This document shows positions 9,672 to 19,214 of a stretch of 64,000 bases of DNA, piece by piece; within the stretch, counting starts at the first letter, position 1; each line of letters opens with the position of its first letter. The notes below the pieces were generated by a model. That model was not told the origin of the DNA, did no database searches, and saw only the letters and a program-made list of their open reading frames with translations. The stretch lies in contig CAYNRJ010000001.1 in the NCBI GenBank assembly GCA_964399865.1, forward strand, positions 202,050 through 266,049, written 5' to 3'. A program made the position numbers and the translations under genes. Origin of the DNA: an uncultured Candidatus Saccharibacteria bacterium (GTDB lineage Bacteria > Patescibacteriota > Minisyncoccia > Phycocordibacterales > UBA2100).

Positions 9672-10757
9672 TTAAGCTATGAGCCTAGCTATATCGTTGT
9701 AGGTCACAAATACCATGAGAAGGATGAGGAATCCTAATCCAAAGACGTTTACGACCCGCATCGCTACAGGCGGAACACCGCGTCGCAGTACTGTCTCTAT
9801 CCCGAGTACAAAGAGTCTCCCACCATCGAGCGCTGGGATTGGTAAGAGGTTAATGATGAAGAGATTGACCGAGATGAACGCTGCGAGCGTTAAGATCGGG
9901 CCTGCACCATTTTCTGCTGCGTCTCCCACTATCCCGACGAGGCCGACAGGCCCCACGATATTTTGAAGTGCAGGAGCTCCGCGCACCGCATCCTTTACCA
10001 TTCCGACAAGTCCCAGCGTTATTGTTTTGAGGGCATTTTTCGTACTTACAAATCCTCCTTTTATAGCTTCGAGAAGTGGGAGCGGTTCGGCTGTTACCAA
10101 GACGAGTGAGATGCCGATAGCCGGTTGATCCGCAGCATTTGGATTCACGGCGTGTGCCGGTCGCACATTAGCGGTTGCTTCAACACCTCCGCGTTCATAT
10201 GAGATCACTATTGATTCACCGCCGCGCTCGCGGACAAAGTCCGTAACTCCCTGGGGAGTGAGAGCCGGCACTTCACCATTCTCGCCTTTTACGCTCGTTA
10301 CTTTATCGCCAGGAATGATGCCTGCACTCGCTGCAGGAGACGAAGGCACAACGTCAGCAACAAGAAGTGAAGCTGGCGCACCTACTGTTGTACTTTCTAC
10401 TACTCTGGGGGTTCCGAGATATAGCGCGACGGAGAAAAGTATCCACGCAATGAGGAGATTCATGAGTACCCCAGCAAAAAGAATGATCGCTTGTACGCCG
10501 CGATTCTTACTTACAAAACTTCCTTTACCTGTTTCCCCCTCTCCCACATCGCCGAATAAACGTACGAACCCGCCAAACGGCAGCCAATTGAATGTATATT
10601 CTGTACCGCCCCATTTTCCAAATGTGAGCGCACGAGGTGGATAGCCGACGCCAAACTCCTCTACCTTTACACCAAATATTTTCGCGGCAAGAAAGTGCCC
10701 TATCTCATGCACGATGATAAGGGAGACCAGGATCGCGATTACGAGCAGAATCGTCAT
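9672..10757 (-). CDS. rseP: RseP-like M50 intramembrane zinc protease with PDZ domain
   Basis: HEIGH and NLLPIPALDGG motifs. Confidence 0.93.
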   Translation of the reverse strand: MTILLVIAILVSLIIVHEIGHFLAAKIFGVKVEEFGVGYPPRALTFGKWGGTEYTFNWLPFGGFVRLFGDVGEGETGKGSFVSKNRGVQAIILFAGVLMNLLIAWILFSVALYLGTPRVVESTTVGAPASLLVADVVPSSPAASAGIIPGDKVTSVKGENGEVPALTPQGVTDFVRERGGESIVISYERGGVEATANVRPAHAVNPNAADQPAIGISLVLVTAEPLPLLEAIKGGFVSTKNALKTITLGLVGMVKDAVRGAPALQNIVGPVGLVGIVGDAAENGAGPILTLAAFISVNLFIINLLPIPALDGGRLFVLGIETVLRRGVPPVAMRVVNVFGLGFLILLMVFVTYNDIARLIA

Positions 10758-11305
10758 GAGCTCATCTCTTTCTCTTTTCCTTCGAAGGCTTTCTCTAATT
10801 CTTCGTTCGCCTTATCTACTTTCTTTTGCAATTCTTCTTTGAGTCGGAATTTTGCGTCCTCAGTGATCGTGCCCTCACGTTCTCGTTCCTGAATGTCCTT
10901 CCACGCCTCGTCGCGCGCGCCGCGAACTGTCGTTCGGGCCTCTTCCAATTTTCCTTTTGCGACTTTCACGAGCTGTTCGCGCCTTTCTGATGTTAATTCT
11001 GGAAATGTAACGCGAATAGAAACTCCATCAGATGATGTGCCGAGTCCTAGGTTTGCGGCTGAAATCGCCCTCTCGATATCTTTAAGAAGTCCCGCATCGA
11101 ATGATTGCACGCGGAGTGTACGCGCATCTTCTACGCCCACATTTGCTACTTGCTTCATTGGCATCATAGAGCCGTAGGCGGAAACTGATACTCCATCGAG
11201 GATTGCGGGTGAAGCACGGCCAGTTCTAATGCCTCGATACTCCCTCGCGAGCCATTCTCGGGCCGCTGCTACCTTCTCATCGAATGTTTTGAAATCGTAA
11301 GTCAT
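10754..11305 (-). CDS. frr: Ribosome recycling factor
   Basis: IRTGRASP and PELTSERR motifs. Confidence 0.97.
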   Translation of the reverse strand: MTYDFKTFDEKVAAAREWLAREYRGIRTGRASPAILDGVSVSAYGSMMPMKQVANVGVEDARTLRVQSFDAGLLKDIERAISAANLGLGTSSDGVSIRVTFPELTSERREQLVKVAKGKLEEARTTVRGARDEAWKDIQEREREGTITEDAKFRLKEELQKKVDKANEELEKAFEGKEKEMSS

Positions 11306-11320
11306 ATGGAGACTAGAATA

Positions 11321-11980
11321 TCATATTCGAGGAATTAAGAGTGCTGTTTGCTCAAGAAGTGGCTTTACGAGAGCGCCTTTATCCATGATGAATTGCCGCG
11401 CCCGATAGAGAGCCTGGAATCCCTCGCGCGACTTTCCCTCCGCCATTTTCTTCTCAAGTGAGGATAGGAATTGAAGGATCCCGGCAATATCCCGCTTATC
11501 ATCGTCTCCCTTTTCAAGAAGCGGCTTTAACATATCTAGCCTCTTTTGCGGCTGAGCCTTTAAAAATGCTCCTGCGTCAATTTCAGGCTCGGTAGTATTT
11601 GCGTTTTTCTTTAGAGGCGGCAACGAATACATCTGTGTCCTTGATCGAAGCGTCCCGAGGAGCGTTATTGGTGAAGGCACGATAATAAAAAACATTGCAT
11701 TGCCTGTCGGCTCTTCGAAAGTCTTGAGGAGTGCGTTCTGCGCTTCTCCTGTCATTCCCGGTGTTGCGATCACAAAGACGCGTACCGTTTTTCCCATCGC
11801 TCCAAGAGAGGATCTCTCGCGAATTTCTCGCGCTTCCTCAGCGCCGAATTGAGGATAGGCACGTATATAGAGATCGGGATTGGCGCGTACGTCTATTCCG
11901 TCCTTCTCGAGTGCCAAAAGTAGCCGAGGGATATCTTCTGCGGTACCTGCGACCAAATTAGTATTCCCCAGAAATGTCAT
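11321..11980 (-). CDS. holB: DNA polymerase III delta-prime-like subunit
   Basis: EAQNALLKTFEEP and TLRSR motifs. Confidence 0.75.
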   Translation of the reverse strand: MTFLGNTNLVAGTAEDIPRLLLALEKDGIDVRANPDLYIRAYPQFGAEEAREIRERSSLGAMGKTVRVFVIATPGMTGEAQNALLKTFEEPTGNAMFFIIVPSPITLLGTLRSRTQMYSLPPLKKNANTTEPEIDAGAFLKAQPQKRLDMLKPLLEKGDDDKRDIAGILQFLSSLEKKMAEGKSREGFQALYRARQFIMDKGALVKPLLEQTALLIPRI

Positions 11981-12023
11981 TTAAGCAGTATACCAACGTC
12001 CACATGTAGACTATAGTAGCGCG

Positions 12024-12461
12024 ATGAGAAAAAACCGTATTCGAAAAACTGCCCTTAATGTTACGGAGTGGGTTGGTTCGCCTGCATCTGTATTAGTGCA
12101 CACGGTACTTTTTATACTAAGTTTTCTAGCGGTATATCTAGAGGTAGTGGCGTTGAACGATATGCTGCTCATTTTGACCACGATCGTTTCACTTGAGGCA
12201 ATTTATCTCGCAATATTCATTCAAATGACCCTTAACTACACCTCCGAAGAACTCGGCGAAGTGAGCGAGGACATTGAGGAATTGCAGGAAGACATCGGCG
12301 AGATCCAGGAAGATGTTGAAGAAATGAGTGAGGGCGAAAATTCTGAGGAGGCGGAAGAAGAGTCGCGTAAGGCGGAACAGCGAAAAACGCTTTCTGAAAT
12401 TCAGAGTGACCTTCGAAAACTAATGGAAGATATATCAAAACTTCAGAAGCCGAAACCGTAG
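12024..12461 (+). CDS. DUF1003-like membrane protein with acidic coiled coil
   Basis: LTTIVSLEAIYLAIFIQM motif. Confidence 0.75.
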   Translation: MRKNRIRKTALNVTEWVGSPASVLVHTVLFILSFLAVYLEVVALNDMLLILTTIVSLEAIYLAIFIQMTLNYTSEELGEVSEDIEELQEDIGEIQEDVEEMSEGENSEEAEEESRKAEQRKTLSEIQSDLRKLMEDISKLQKPKP

Positions 12462-12464
12462 TGT

Positions 12465-13481
12465 CTATCGTTTGGTTATTATCGCTTTCTTGTACGCCTC
12501 GAGGTGTTTGAGAGCTTCGCCAGTACCTTTGGCGACACAAAATGGCGCATCTTTTGCGACACGCGCCTTCACTCCTGTGCGGCGGAAGACCAGTTCCGAT
12601 AGATTGCGAAGAAGTGACGATCCTCCTGTCATTATGATTCCGTTGTCTATGATGTCCGCGGCAAGTTCTGGCGGAGTTTCTTGGAGTACGTCCTTTATCG
12701 CATTCACAATGGTCCGAAGCTCTCGACCAATGCCTCGCACGACTTCATTCGTCGTAAATTCGATTGAGCGAGGAAGGCCCGTAAGATGATCGCGTCCCTT
12801 GATCATCATCGAAAGCTCGTCATCGACGGGGGTTGCTGAACCTATTTGTATTTTTATCTCCTCTGCCATCTTTTCTCCGATTGCGAGATTGAAATTCTTT
12901 CTCGCATGATCTGCGATAGCGTGATCTATTGCATTCCCCGCGCATTTTACTGAGGTAGACGCAACGATTCCTCCGAGTGAAATTACTGCAACGTCCGTCG
13001 TTCCTCCACCGATGTCCACGATCATGTGACCACGCGCCTCATGAATTGGGATACCTGCCCCGATTGCAGCGAGGATCGGCTCCTTAACGACATACGCTTC
13101 CCTGGCGCCAGCTTTTGTCGCTGCTTCAACGACTGCACGACGCTCAGTCGAAGTAACACCTGCTGGGACGGAAACCATCACTTCGGGTCGGAAAAGATTC
13201 CATCTCCCTAACGATTTTCGGATGTAATAGCGAAGCATCGCCTCGGTTACTCGATAATCAGCTATGACTCCGTCTTTCATTGGTCGATACGCAATGATCT
13301 CGTCGGGAGTGCGCCCCACCATTTCTTTTGCCTCATTCCCTATCGCAAGAATTTTATTGTCATGCGTCGAGACCGCAACGACTGATGGTTCGTTCAGAAC
13401 GATACCCTTCCCTGGCACGAAGACGAGGACGGTGGTTGTACCGAGATCAATACCGAGCTTAGGAGCAAATGAAAAAGCCAT
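12465..13481 (-). CDS. mreB: Second MreB/Mbl paralogue
   Basis: LGIDLGTT, VDIGGGTTD and TGGSSLL motifs. Confidence 0.95.
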   Translation of the reverse strand: MAFSFAPKLGIDLGTTTVLVFVPGKGIVLNEPSVVAVSTHDNKILAIGNEAKEMVGRTPDEIIAYRPMKDGVIADYRVTEAMLRYYIRKSLGRWNLFRPEVMVSVPAGVTSTERRAVVEAATKAGAREAYVVKEPILAAIGAGIPIHEARGHMIVDIGGGTTDVAVISLGGIVASTSVKCAGNAIDHAIADHARKNFNLAIGEKMAEEIKIQIGSATPVDDELSMMIKGRDHLTGLPRSIEFTTNEVVRGIGRELRTIVNAIKDVLQETPPELAADIIDNGIIMTGGSSLLRNLSELVFRRTGVKARVAKDAPFCVAKGTGEALKHLEAYKKAIITKR

Positions 13482-13545
13482 AACGAAAGGACATTATATA
13501 GCGTCCTATCAGTGACGCATAGCAAATGGGGAGAGGAAGCTTTTC

Positions 13546-13860
13546 TTACTGTTTTTTTACGTCTCTTTTGTAACCCTTCGTACCTTTTTCCTTTTCGTAT
13601 TTCTCAGGATTCAGGATGTACCAAAATTTTTTAGAGAAATTTGGCGCGTCGTTGCAAACCCGCTTGATGTAGTAGAGATCTTTGGTGGGTATTTGCTCTA
13701 AGAGTTTACCCATCCGCGGCATTGATATTGGAGGTAACCCATCACGTGAGCGACCCCGGTTTAATTCCGCACAAAAATATCTCATCATTTCTCCCCGCTC
13801 GGTCTCACGAGTGGTACTCGCTGCTCGCTTTATATGTGCGCTGATGTGCTCCACGCTCAT
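13546..13860 (-). CDS. Basic hypothetical protein
   Basis: 104 aa ORF with plausible composition. Confidence 0.65.
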   Translation of the reverse strand: MSVEHISAHIKRAASTTRETERGEMMRYFCAELNRGRSRDGLPPISMPRMGKLLEQIPTKDLYYIKRVCNDAPNFSKKFWYILNPEKYEKEKGTKGYKRDVKKQ

Positions 13861-13914
13861 AAGTGTAACGTGTTCCTCAGGGCTATCAAATTTTCACTAA
13901 TATGCTACATTTTC

Positions 13915-14123
13915 GCGAGTTTCGAACAGGTCAGCGAAGAGACGACAGGGATGTTACCCCTCCCCCTGTGCTCCGCGCTGAGGGGTCGGTCAATTCCTCC
14001 TCTCCCGACCCCCAGGAGGGATTAATCCTCCGCTCACGGCAAGCTCCACCGCCCCCGGGAGCTGCCGGAGCATCCCTCCTGCCTCGCTTCTTTGAGTCGC
14101 CCCCAGTGGCGACTCTTTCTTTT
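13915..14123 (+). ncRNA. Candidate structured non-coding RNA
   Basis: TGnTACATT upstream, several GC hairpins, terminal hairpin plus U-tract, no credible ORF. Confidence 0.4.
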
Positions 14124-14145
14124 AGGGCTATTGCGCCGTATAGTT

Positions 14146-14697
14146 ATGAAAATGCGAACAATTCTGCCGGAAGTTGAGAATCCGATCCTTCGCGACATCG
14201 CTGCGGACATTCCCCTCGCTGATATAAAAGGCAAAGCCATTCAGAGTCTTATCAAAGACATGAAGGCGCTCCTAGCCAAAGAAGAGCACGGCGTTGCTCT
14301 CGCCGCACCCCAGGTTGGAGAATCAATCCGACTTTTTATTGTGTCGGGTAAAGCTCTCGCTCGAGGCGGACGAAACGCTCCAGATGAACCTGAGCATCAC
14401 GATGATAAGGCACCCGCCCTTCCGGATCAGGTCTACATCAATCCAGAGCTTATAAAAATCTCGCGTGCGAAAAAAGAAAAGCATGAAGGTTGTCTTTCTA
14501 TCCGCGGCAAGTGGGGCATCGTGCCGCGTGCGGAAAAAGCGACCGTTCGCGCGTATGACGAAAAGGGTGTGCGATTTACACGGGGAGCATCTGGTTTCCT
14601 TGCGCACATCTTCCAACACGAAATGGACCACCTAAAGGGTGTCCTTTACACCGATAAATCCGTCGAATTGTACGACGACGAAAAGAGCAATGAATAA
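14146..14697 (+). CDS. def: Peptide deformylase
   Basis: GVALAAPQVG, EGCLS and QHEMDHLKG motifs. Confidence 0.97.
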   Translation: MKMRTILPEVENPILRDIAADIPLADIKGKAIQSLIKDMKALLAKEEHGVALAAPQVGESIRLFIVSGKALARGGRNAPDEPEHHDDKAPALPDQVYINPELIKISRAKKEKHEGCLSIRGKWGIVPRAEKATVRAYDEKGVRFTRGASGFLAHIFQHEMDHLKGVLYTDKSVELYDDEKSNE

Positions 14698-15568
14698 GCA
14701 ACCAAAATTCGCCTTTTTCGGCACGCCGCATCTTGCGGCAGTATTCCTCGATGAATTGGAAAAATCAGGACTTACCCCTTCACTTGTAGTAACGACACCA
14801 GACCGGAAACAAGGACGCGGACTAGAGCTTACCGCGCCGCCCGTAAAGAAGTGGGCGGTGGAAAGGAACGTCGATGTGCTTCAGATTGAAACGTGGGATG
14901 AGAGCGCAATAGAAGAGTTGAGGTCCGCGAGTGCGAAAAAAGACATCGATGTATTCGTCGTAATTTACTACGGAAAAATCCTCTCCAAAACGATCTTGGA
15001 TATACCGAAGCGTGGCACATTGAACATTCACTTCTCGTTACTCCCCCGTTGGCGCGGCACTTCTCCTGTCCGCGCGGCGATCTTGAATGATGATCGTGAA
15101 GTTGGTACTTCGATTATCCTTCTCGATGAGAAAATTGATCACGGACCTGTGGTGGCTCAGAAGAAAGTAGCTGTTGAAGAGTGGCCGCCTTCTGCGATAG
15201 ATCTGGAATCCAAGATGACCTACGAGAGCGCGCAGCTTCTCGTCAATATCCTACCGAGCTGGGTACAGGGAGATATCGAGGCTCGTGAGCAGAACCATGA
15301 CCTTGCAACACAGTGCCCTACTCTTGAAAAAGATGATGGTCTCATTTCACTTAAGGATGACGCGTATAAGAATCTCCTCAAAATACGAGCATTTGATACG
15401 ACGATTGGCACTCACGCATTCTTCGAGCGCGATGGGAAAAGAGTCCGCGTTAAGATTCTCGACGCATATCTTGCAAACGGTGCACTGCAGATCGAAGCGG
15501 TGAAGCCCGAAGGTAAACGGGAAATGAAATATGAGGAGTTTTTACGATCAGGAGTACGGCCATTGTAG
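14690..15568 (+). CDS. fmt: Methionyl-tRNA formyltransferase
   Basis: FFGTP and NIHFSLLPRWRG motifs; overlaps def. Confidence 0.95.
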   Translation: MNKQPKFAFFGTPHLAAVFLDELEKSGLTPSLVVTTPDRKQGRGLELTAPPVKKWAVERNVDVLQIETWDESAIEELRSASAKKDIDVFVVIYYGKILSKTILDIPKRGTLNIHFSLLPRWRGTSPVRAAILNDDREVGTSIILLDEKIDHGPVVAQKKVAVEEWPPSAIDLESKMTYESAQLLVNILPSWVQGDIEAREQNHDLATQCPTLEKDDGLISLKDDAYKNLLKIRAFDTTIGTHAFFERDGKRVRVKILDAYLANGALQIEAVKPEGKREMKYEEFLRSGVRPL

Positions 15569-15573
15569 CGTCC

Positions 15574-15602
15574 TTGCCTCTATAGAGCGGTGTGTATAGA
15601 CT
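15574..15602 (+). promoter_or_regulatory. Sigma70-type promoter of an orphan transcript
   Basis: TTGCCT-N17-TAGACT. Confidence 0.55.
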
Positions 15603-15609
15603 GGAAAAA

Positions 15610-15853
15610 GATAAGAACACCGGCGTGGTGTGGTGAGGCCACCCAGCCGGCTGTGCGGCAAGTGTGAGCTTGAGCTGGTATTCATGTCTCTATCGCGCCC
15701 GGAGATGTGGAAATTAGTTCGCCCCTACCGCAAACGACGAGGGTCCGTCTCGTTGCCCGGACATCTTGTCGTTCAAGCAGTACGGCGGCGGTTGCTAAGT
15801 CGCTTCCGCCGCCGTACACCTTCATAACCGCCCCTTTCGGCGGTTATACTTTT
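15610..15853 (+). ncRNA. Candidate ~240 nt multi-hairpin non-coding RNA
   Basis: Promoter, four consecutive stem-loops and terminator ATAACCGCC/GGCGGTTAT plus U-tract; no credible ORF. Confidence 0.5.
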
Positions 15854-16216
15854 TTAACTTCTCCAAAGAAGATTCTTTATACGCGCACCAACACGACGAG
15901 TGAGACGTAGACCGCGCTGTTTATTCTTGCGCAGCTGACGCTCCACTTCCGCCCTCGCATCATCAATTGCAGCGTTAATACTTTCAGAATTGTTTGTGGC
16001 ACGGACTGGATCCTGACCTGGGACAATCACCTGTATCTCGGCAAACCATAAATTCTTTCCGTGACGCGCTTTCCCTGCCGCACGGCCAAGCTCTACTTCA
16101 AAACGAACGTGCGGCGCTCCCCCAAGGAGTTTCTCAATTGCTACTAATCTTGTTTCTAAATAGTTTCTAGCTTCTTCAGTGAGCTCATAATCCGTTGCTT
16201 TGATGCGTATATCCAT
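15854..16216 (-). CDS. raiA: Ribosome hibernation factor HPF/RaiA
   Basis: MDIRIKAT.YELT and SINAAIDDARAEVERQLRK motifs. Confidence 0.9.
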   Translation of the reverse strand: MDIRIKATDYELTEEARNYLETRLVAIEKLLGGAPHVRFEVELGRAAGKARHGKNLWFAEIQVIVPGQDPVRATNNSESINAAIDDARAEVERQLRKNKQRGLRLTRRVGARIKNLLWRS

Positions 16217-16220
16217 ATTT

Positions 16221-16484
16221 TTATTTTATCACACGAAGTACTTTACTCCCCTTCTGGTGACCCGAGATAATTCGTACCGAACTAGGAGGAACATAGTAGT
16301 GACGCGCTATTAAGACTCGCAATCGATCATTCGCCGCATTATCCTCGGCCTTCTCCTTCACATGCACGACAAACTCGTCTCTTACCGCCTTTCCAAAATC
16401 TGATTTACCAGGATTAACACCCTTCGCAGTCTGGACCACACTTTCTCTTCTTGCTCCGGCATTTACTTTGGCTCGAATTAACAT
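16221..16484 (-). CDS. DUF167 (YggU-like) protein
   Basis: KVNAGAR...AEDNAAND...VRIISG. Confidence 0.8.
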   Translation of the reverse strand: MLIRAKVNAGARRESVVQTAKGVNPGKSDFGKAVRDEFVVHVKEKAEDNAANDRLRVLIARHYYVPPSSVRIISGHQKGSKVLRVIK

Positions 16485-16522
16485 GACTTTTTCAAGTATC
16501 GGATACACTGATGAAGTTCTAG

Positions 16523-18187
16523 TTAATGAGGAGAATCCCTACGAGAATGATTACGGCTCCAATGCCTACCATGAGGAGTGCAGTCCACATGTTGGAAATT
16601 ATAGCATTCTTGGCTATACTGCGACCGATTCCCCGGTAGCGCAGCGGTAGCGCAGCTCGCTGTTAACGAGTTGGTCGTAGGTTCGAATCCTACCCGGGGA
16701 GCCCAGAGTTGGAGAGAGCCCGAAGAATCGGGATTTTGGCGCGCGGCGCGAAGCGCCGCGTAGGGAGGATGCGCCGTGCCGGAGAGTTTTTGATTTGTGA
16801 GTTGCAGGTTCGAGCCGAAGATTTTTTGAATTGCGGATTTTTTGGCGGGGAGAGAGGGGTCATTTTGGGTTTGGGCTAGGCTTTGCGCCTCGTGTATCCA
16901 CGAGCGCATAGGTTCGAGCCACGCACGGCCGTCGCGCTCCAAACGGGCTGCGTGCTCGCTTAAAGTCCGCTTGTCGGACATCAGCGCGCGACGCTTCGCC
17001 AAGTATGCGTCGCGCTCGATATCCTGCGCGATGTAGAGGTCTGTGAGGCGGTCAAGTTTGCGCTCGATGCTGTGCATCTGTTCGCGCAAGTCGCCGACCG
17101 CCTGCGAACTCGTGCGCCCTACGTCGCGCTCGTCCTCTTGCATACGACGCTCGAAATACTGCGCCCATTTGGGCGGCATGACAAAGAGTGCGAGGAGGTC
17201 GGAAACATCGGCGGCGAGCGCTTCTTCGCGGACGTAAGACTGCGAACAGCGTGCCGCCGACTTTTTCGTACAGCGATAGTAGGTGTAGCGGTGAGTATTG
17301 CCATTCTTTTGATGCTTCGTGCGCACTTCGGCCGTTATCGCCATCCCACACTCGCCGCAACGCAACACGCCGCAAAGCGCTTGCGGCTGTGTCGTGGTGG
17401 CCTGCGGGTGGCCGCGCTCGGCCATGACCTTTTGCACTTTGTCGAACAGGCGCTTATCCACGATGGGCGTATGTCGCCCCTCGTATAATTCGCCGCCATA
17501 GAGAAAATGGCCATAGTAAAAAGGATTGGCGAGAATGAAGCGCACGCGGTCGTTGTGTATGCGATTGCCGAACAAACTCCGCACGCCGTTGTCGTATAGA
17601 AACTGCCCGATATCTTCGAGGCGCGAATTGCCTCTGGCGTACAAATCAAAGGCGGCGCGGATTACTTTCGATTTCTTGCGGTCGAGCGTGATGCTCTTTG
17701 TGCGCGGGTCGTTGCGATACCCCGCCGGAGCCGTTCCGGGGAAATCGCCGCGCCGCGCTTTGGCGCGCAATCCTCGCGCAGTGTTGGCCGAAAGTTCACG
17801 TATGAATTGATTCGCCATCCCAAACTCTACCGACATCATCAGTACGTTGTCAGCGGGATAGTACGCGCGGTCGTGGGTTTGGATATGTGATATGACGCCG
17901 CTCTGCAAAAGCCACTGTATCTGGCCGCCGTCCACGGGATTGCGCGCGAGGCGGTCGATTTTCCAACACACAATGCCCTGCGCCTCGCCTTTCTGTACCC
18001 GCGCCATCATCTCGTTGAACACGGGACGGCCCGGCTGTTTCGCCGAGCGCTTTTCTACAAACTCCTCGGCAATTTCGAGCCCCTCCCGCCGCGCGAGTGT
18101 GCGCAATTCCGACAACTGCGCCTCGATAGAGAGCACCTGCTTGTCCTCGACATCGGTACTTTTGCGGGCGTAGAGAAAGAAACGCAT
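16523..18187 (-). CDS. Large serine recombinase; frame runs through attL and antisense across tRNA-Asn
   Basis: YARKST catalytic motif, DRLARN, recombinase domain, CGEC...YYRC zinc ribbon, coiled coil; high GC. Confidence 0.95.
   Translation of the reverse strand: MRFFLYARKSTDVEDKQVLSIEAQLSELRTLARREGLEIAEEFVEKRSAKQPGRPVFNEMMARVQKGEAQGIVCWKIDRLARNPVDGGQIQWLLQSGVISHIQTHDRAYYPADNVLMMSVEFGMANQFIRELSANTARGLRAKARRGDFPGTAPAGYRNDPRTKSITLDRKKSKVIRAAFDLYARGNSRLEDIGQFLYDNGVRSLFGNRIHNDRVRFILANPFYYGHFLYGGELYEGRHTPIVDKRLFDKVQKVMAERGHPQATTTQPQALCGVLRCGECGMAITAEVRTKHQKNGNTHRYTYYRCTKKSAARCSQSYVREEALAADVSDLLALFVMPPKWAQYFERRMQEDERDVGRTSSQAVGDLREQMHSIERKLDRLTDLYIAQDIERDAYLAKRRALMSDKRTLSEHAARLERDGRAWLEPMRSWIHEAQSLAQTQNDPSLPAKKSAIQKIFGSNLQLTNQKLSGTAHPPYAALRAARQNPDSSGSLQLWAPRVGFEPTTNSLTASCATAALPGNRSQYSQECYNFQHVDCTPHGRHWSRNHSRRDSPH
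16630..16701 (+). tRNA. tRNA-Asn(GTT), integration target
   Basis: TCCCCGG...CCGGGGAG acceptor, anticodon loop CTGTTAA. Confidence 0.96.
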
Positions 18188-18221
18188 AAGTTGTATTATA
18201 CAGTCGTCCGAGATTCAAATT

Positions 18222-19031
18222 ATGAGAACTATCCGCATATATTCAGACGAGAGCAGGCACAAAAACGAGCGCTTTTTGCTCCTTGCCGGACTATGGGTAC
18301 CGGAAGAAAATGTGCAGGTTGTGGAGGATGGGATACGAGCACTCCGCAAAAAGCATGGATATACAAACTCGGCGGGCAAGAAGATAGATTTTCTCGGCGA
18401 ATTCAAATGGACGAAAGCATCCGACAAGTACCTGCCAGTCTATAAAGAATTGGTTGATTTGTTTTTTGATTGGACTAACGAAGACGTGCTGCGCTCGTGC
18501 ACAATGCTTGTGGATACGCATGATCCGATGGTAGTAGAACACAGCAACATCAAGAAGGAGGGGTACTTCAAACTACTCTACCAACTCTACTACCACAACT
18601 CGCATATTCCTGCGATATATAAAATCTTTCCCGACCGCATTACTAATCCGACCCAGCGGAGAGTCAACTTCGAGACGCTCGACAAGTGCCTAGAGGTAGC
18701 ATTTCATAAGAAATTTACCCCGCTGCTTAATCCAGCTGATCGCCCTGGCATTCGTGGCTTTGTAAACAACATTACCCCGACCGACTCCAAGATGACGCCG
18801 TTCATCCAGCTACTCGACGTGATTATGGGAGCTCTTGGTTATTTACAAAACGGGTTATTTAGAAAGCCGGACGCGAAGAAAGCGAAGGTTGAGCTGATGA
18901 AGTATATCTTCGAAAAAATTGCCCTCTCGGGAGCGATAAAAATATCAGGGAAATCCTACTATGTTGCAAAGTCTACCAAGTTTAATATTTGGCTCTTTCG
19001 TCCGAGAAACAAAAAAGGCCCTCAAAAATGA
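18222..19031 (+). CDS. DUF3800 family protein (predicted RNase H-like fold)
   Basis: N-terminal IYSDES, EFKW, and C-terminal DSK...IQLLDVIMGA motifs. Confidence 0.8.
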   Translation: MRTIRIYSDESRHKNERFLLLAGLWVPEENVQVVEDGIRALRKKHGYTNSAGKKIDFLGEFKWTKASDKYLPVYKELVDLFFDWTNEDVLRSCTMLVDTHDPMVVEHSNIKKEGYFKLLYQLYYHNSHIPAIYKIFPDRITNPTQRRVNFETLDKCLEVAFHKKFTPLLNPADRPGIRGFVNNITPTDSKMTPFIQLLDVIMGALGYLQNGLFRKPDAKKAKVELMKYIFEKIALSGAIKISGKSYYVAKSTKFNIWLFRPRNKKGPQK

Positions 19032-19042
19032 GAGCCGTTTTT

Positions 19043-19113
19043 GTGGAGTCCTGGGAGCTGGGTCAGTGCCCGGTGCGACGTAAGTCGCAGGAGACGTCAC
19101 CCAGTAACTCCAA
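19043..19113 (+). ncRNA. Candidate DUF3800-associated structured RNA
   Basis: TGGAGT/ACTCCA and CTGGGT/ACCCAG stems enclosing a TGCGAC-GTAA-GTCGCA GNRA hairpin right after the DUF3800 stop. Confidence 0.55.
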
Positions 19114-19214
19114 GTTAAAGATACCAGTAATCTGATGAAGAATCAATGATATCCACATTCCTAGAATATCCTTATCTAGCAAGCTAAAAACGAGATTTTT
19201 GTAAAATTGTTAGT

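Noticed and set aside
15610-15853. raiA motif RNA
   Set aside because: It lies downstream of and convergent with raiA, and I cannot match the consensus by eye; kept only as an unnamed candidate.
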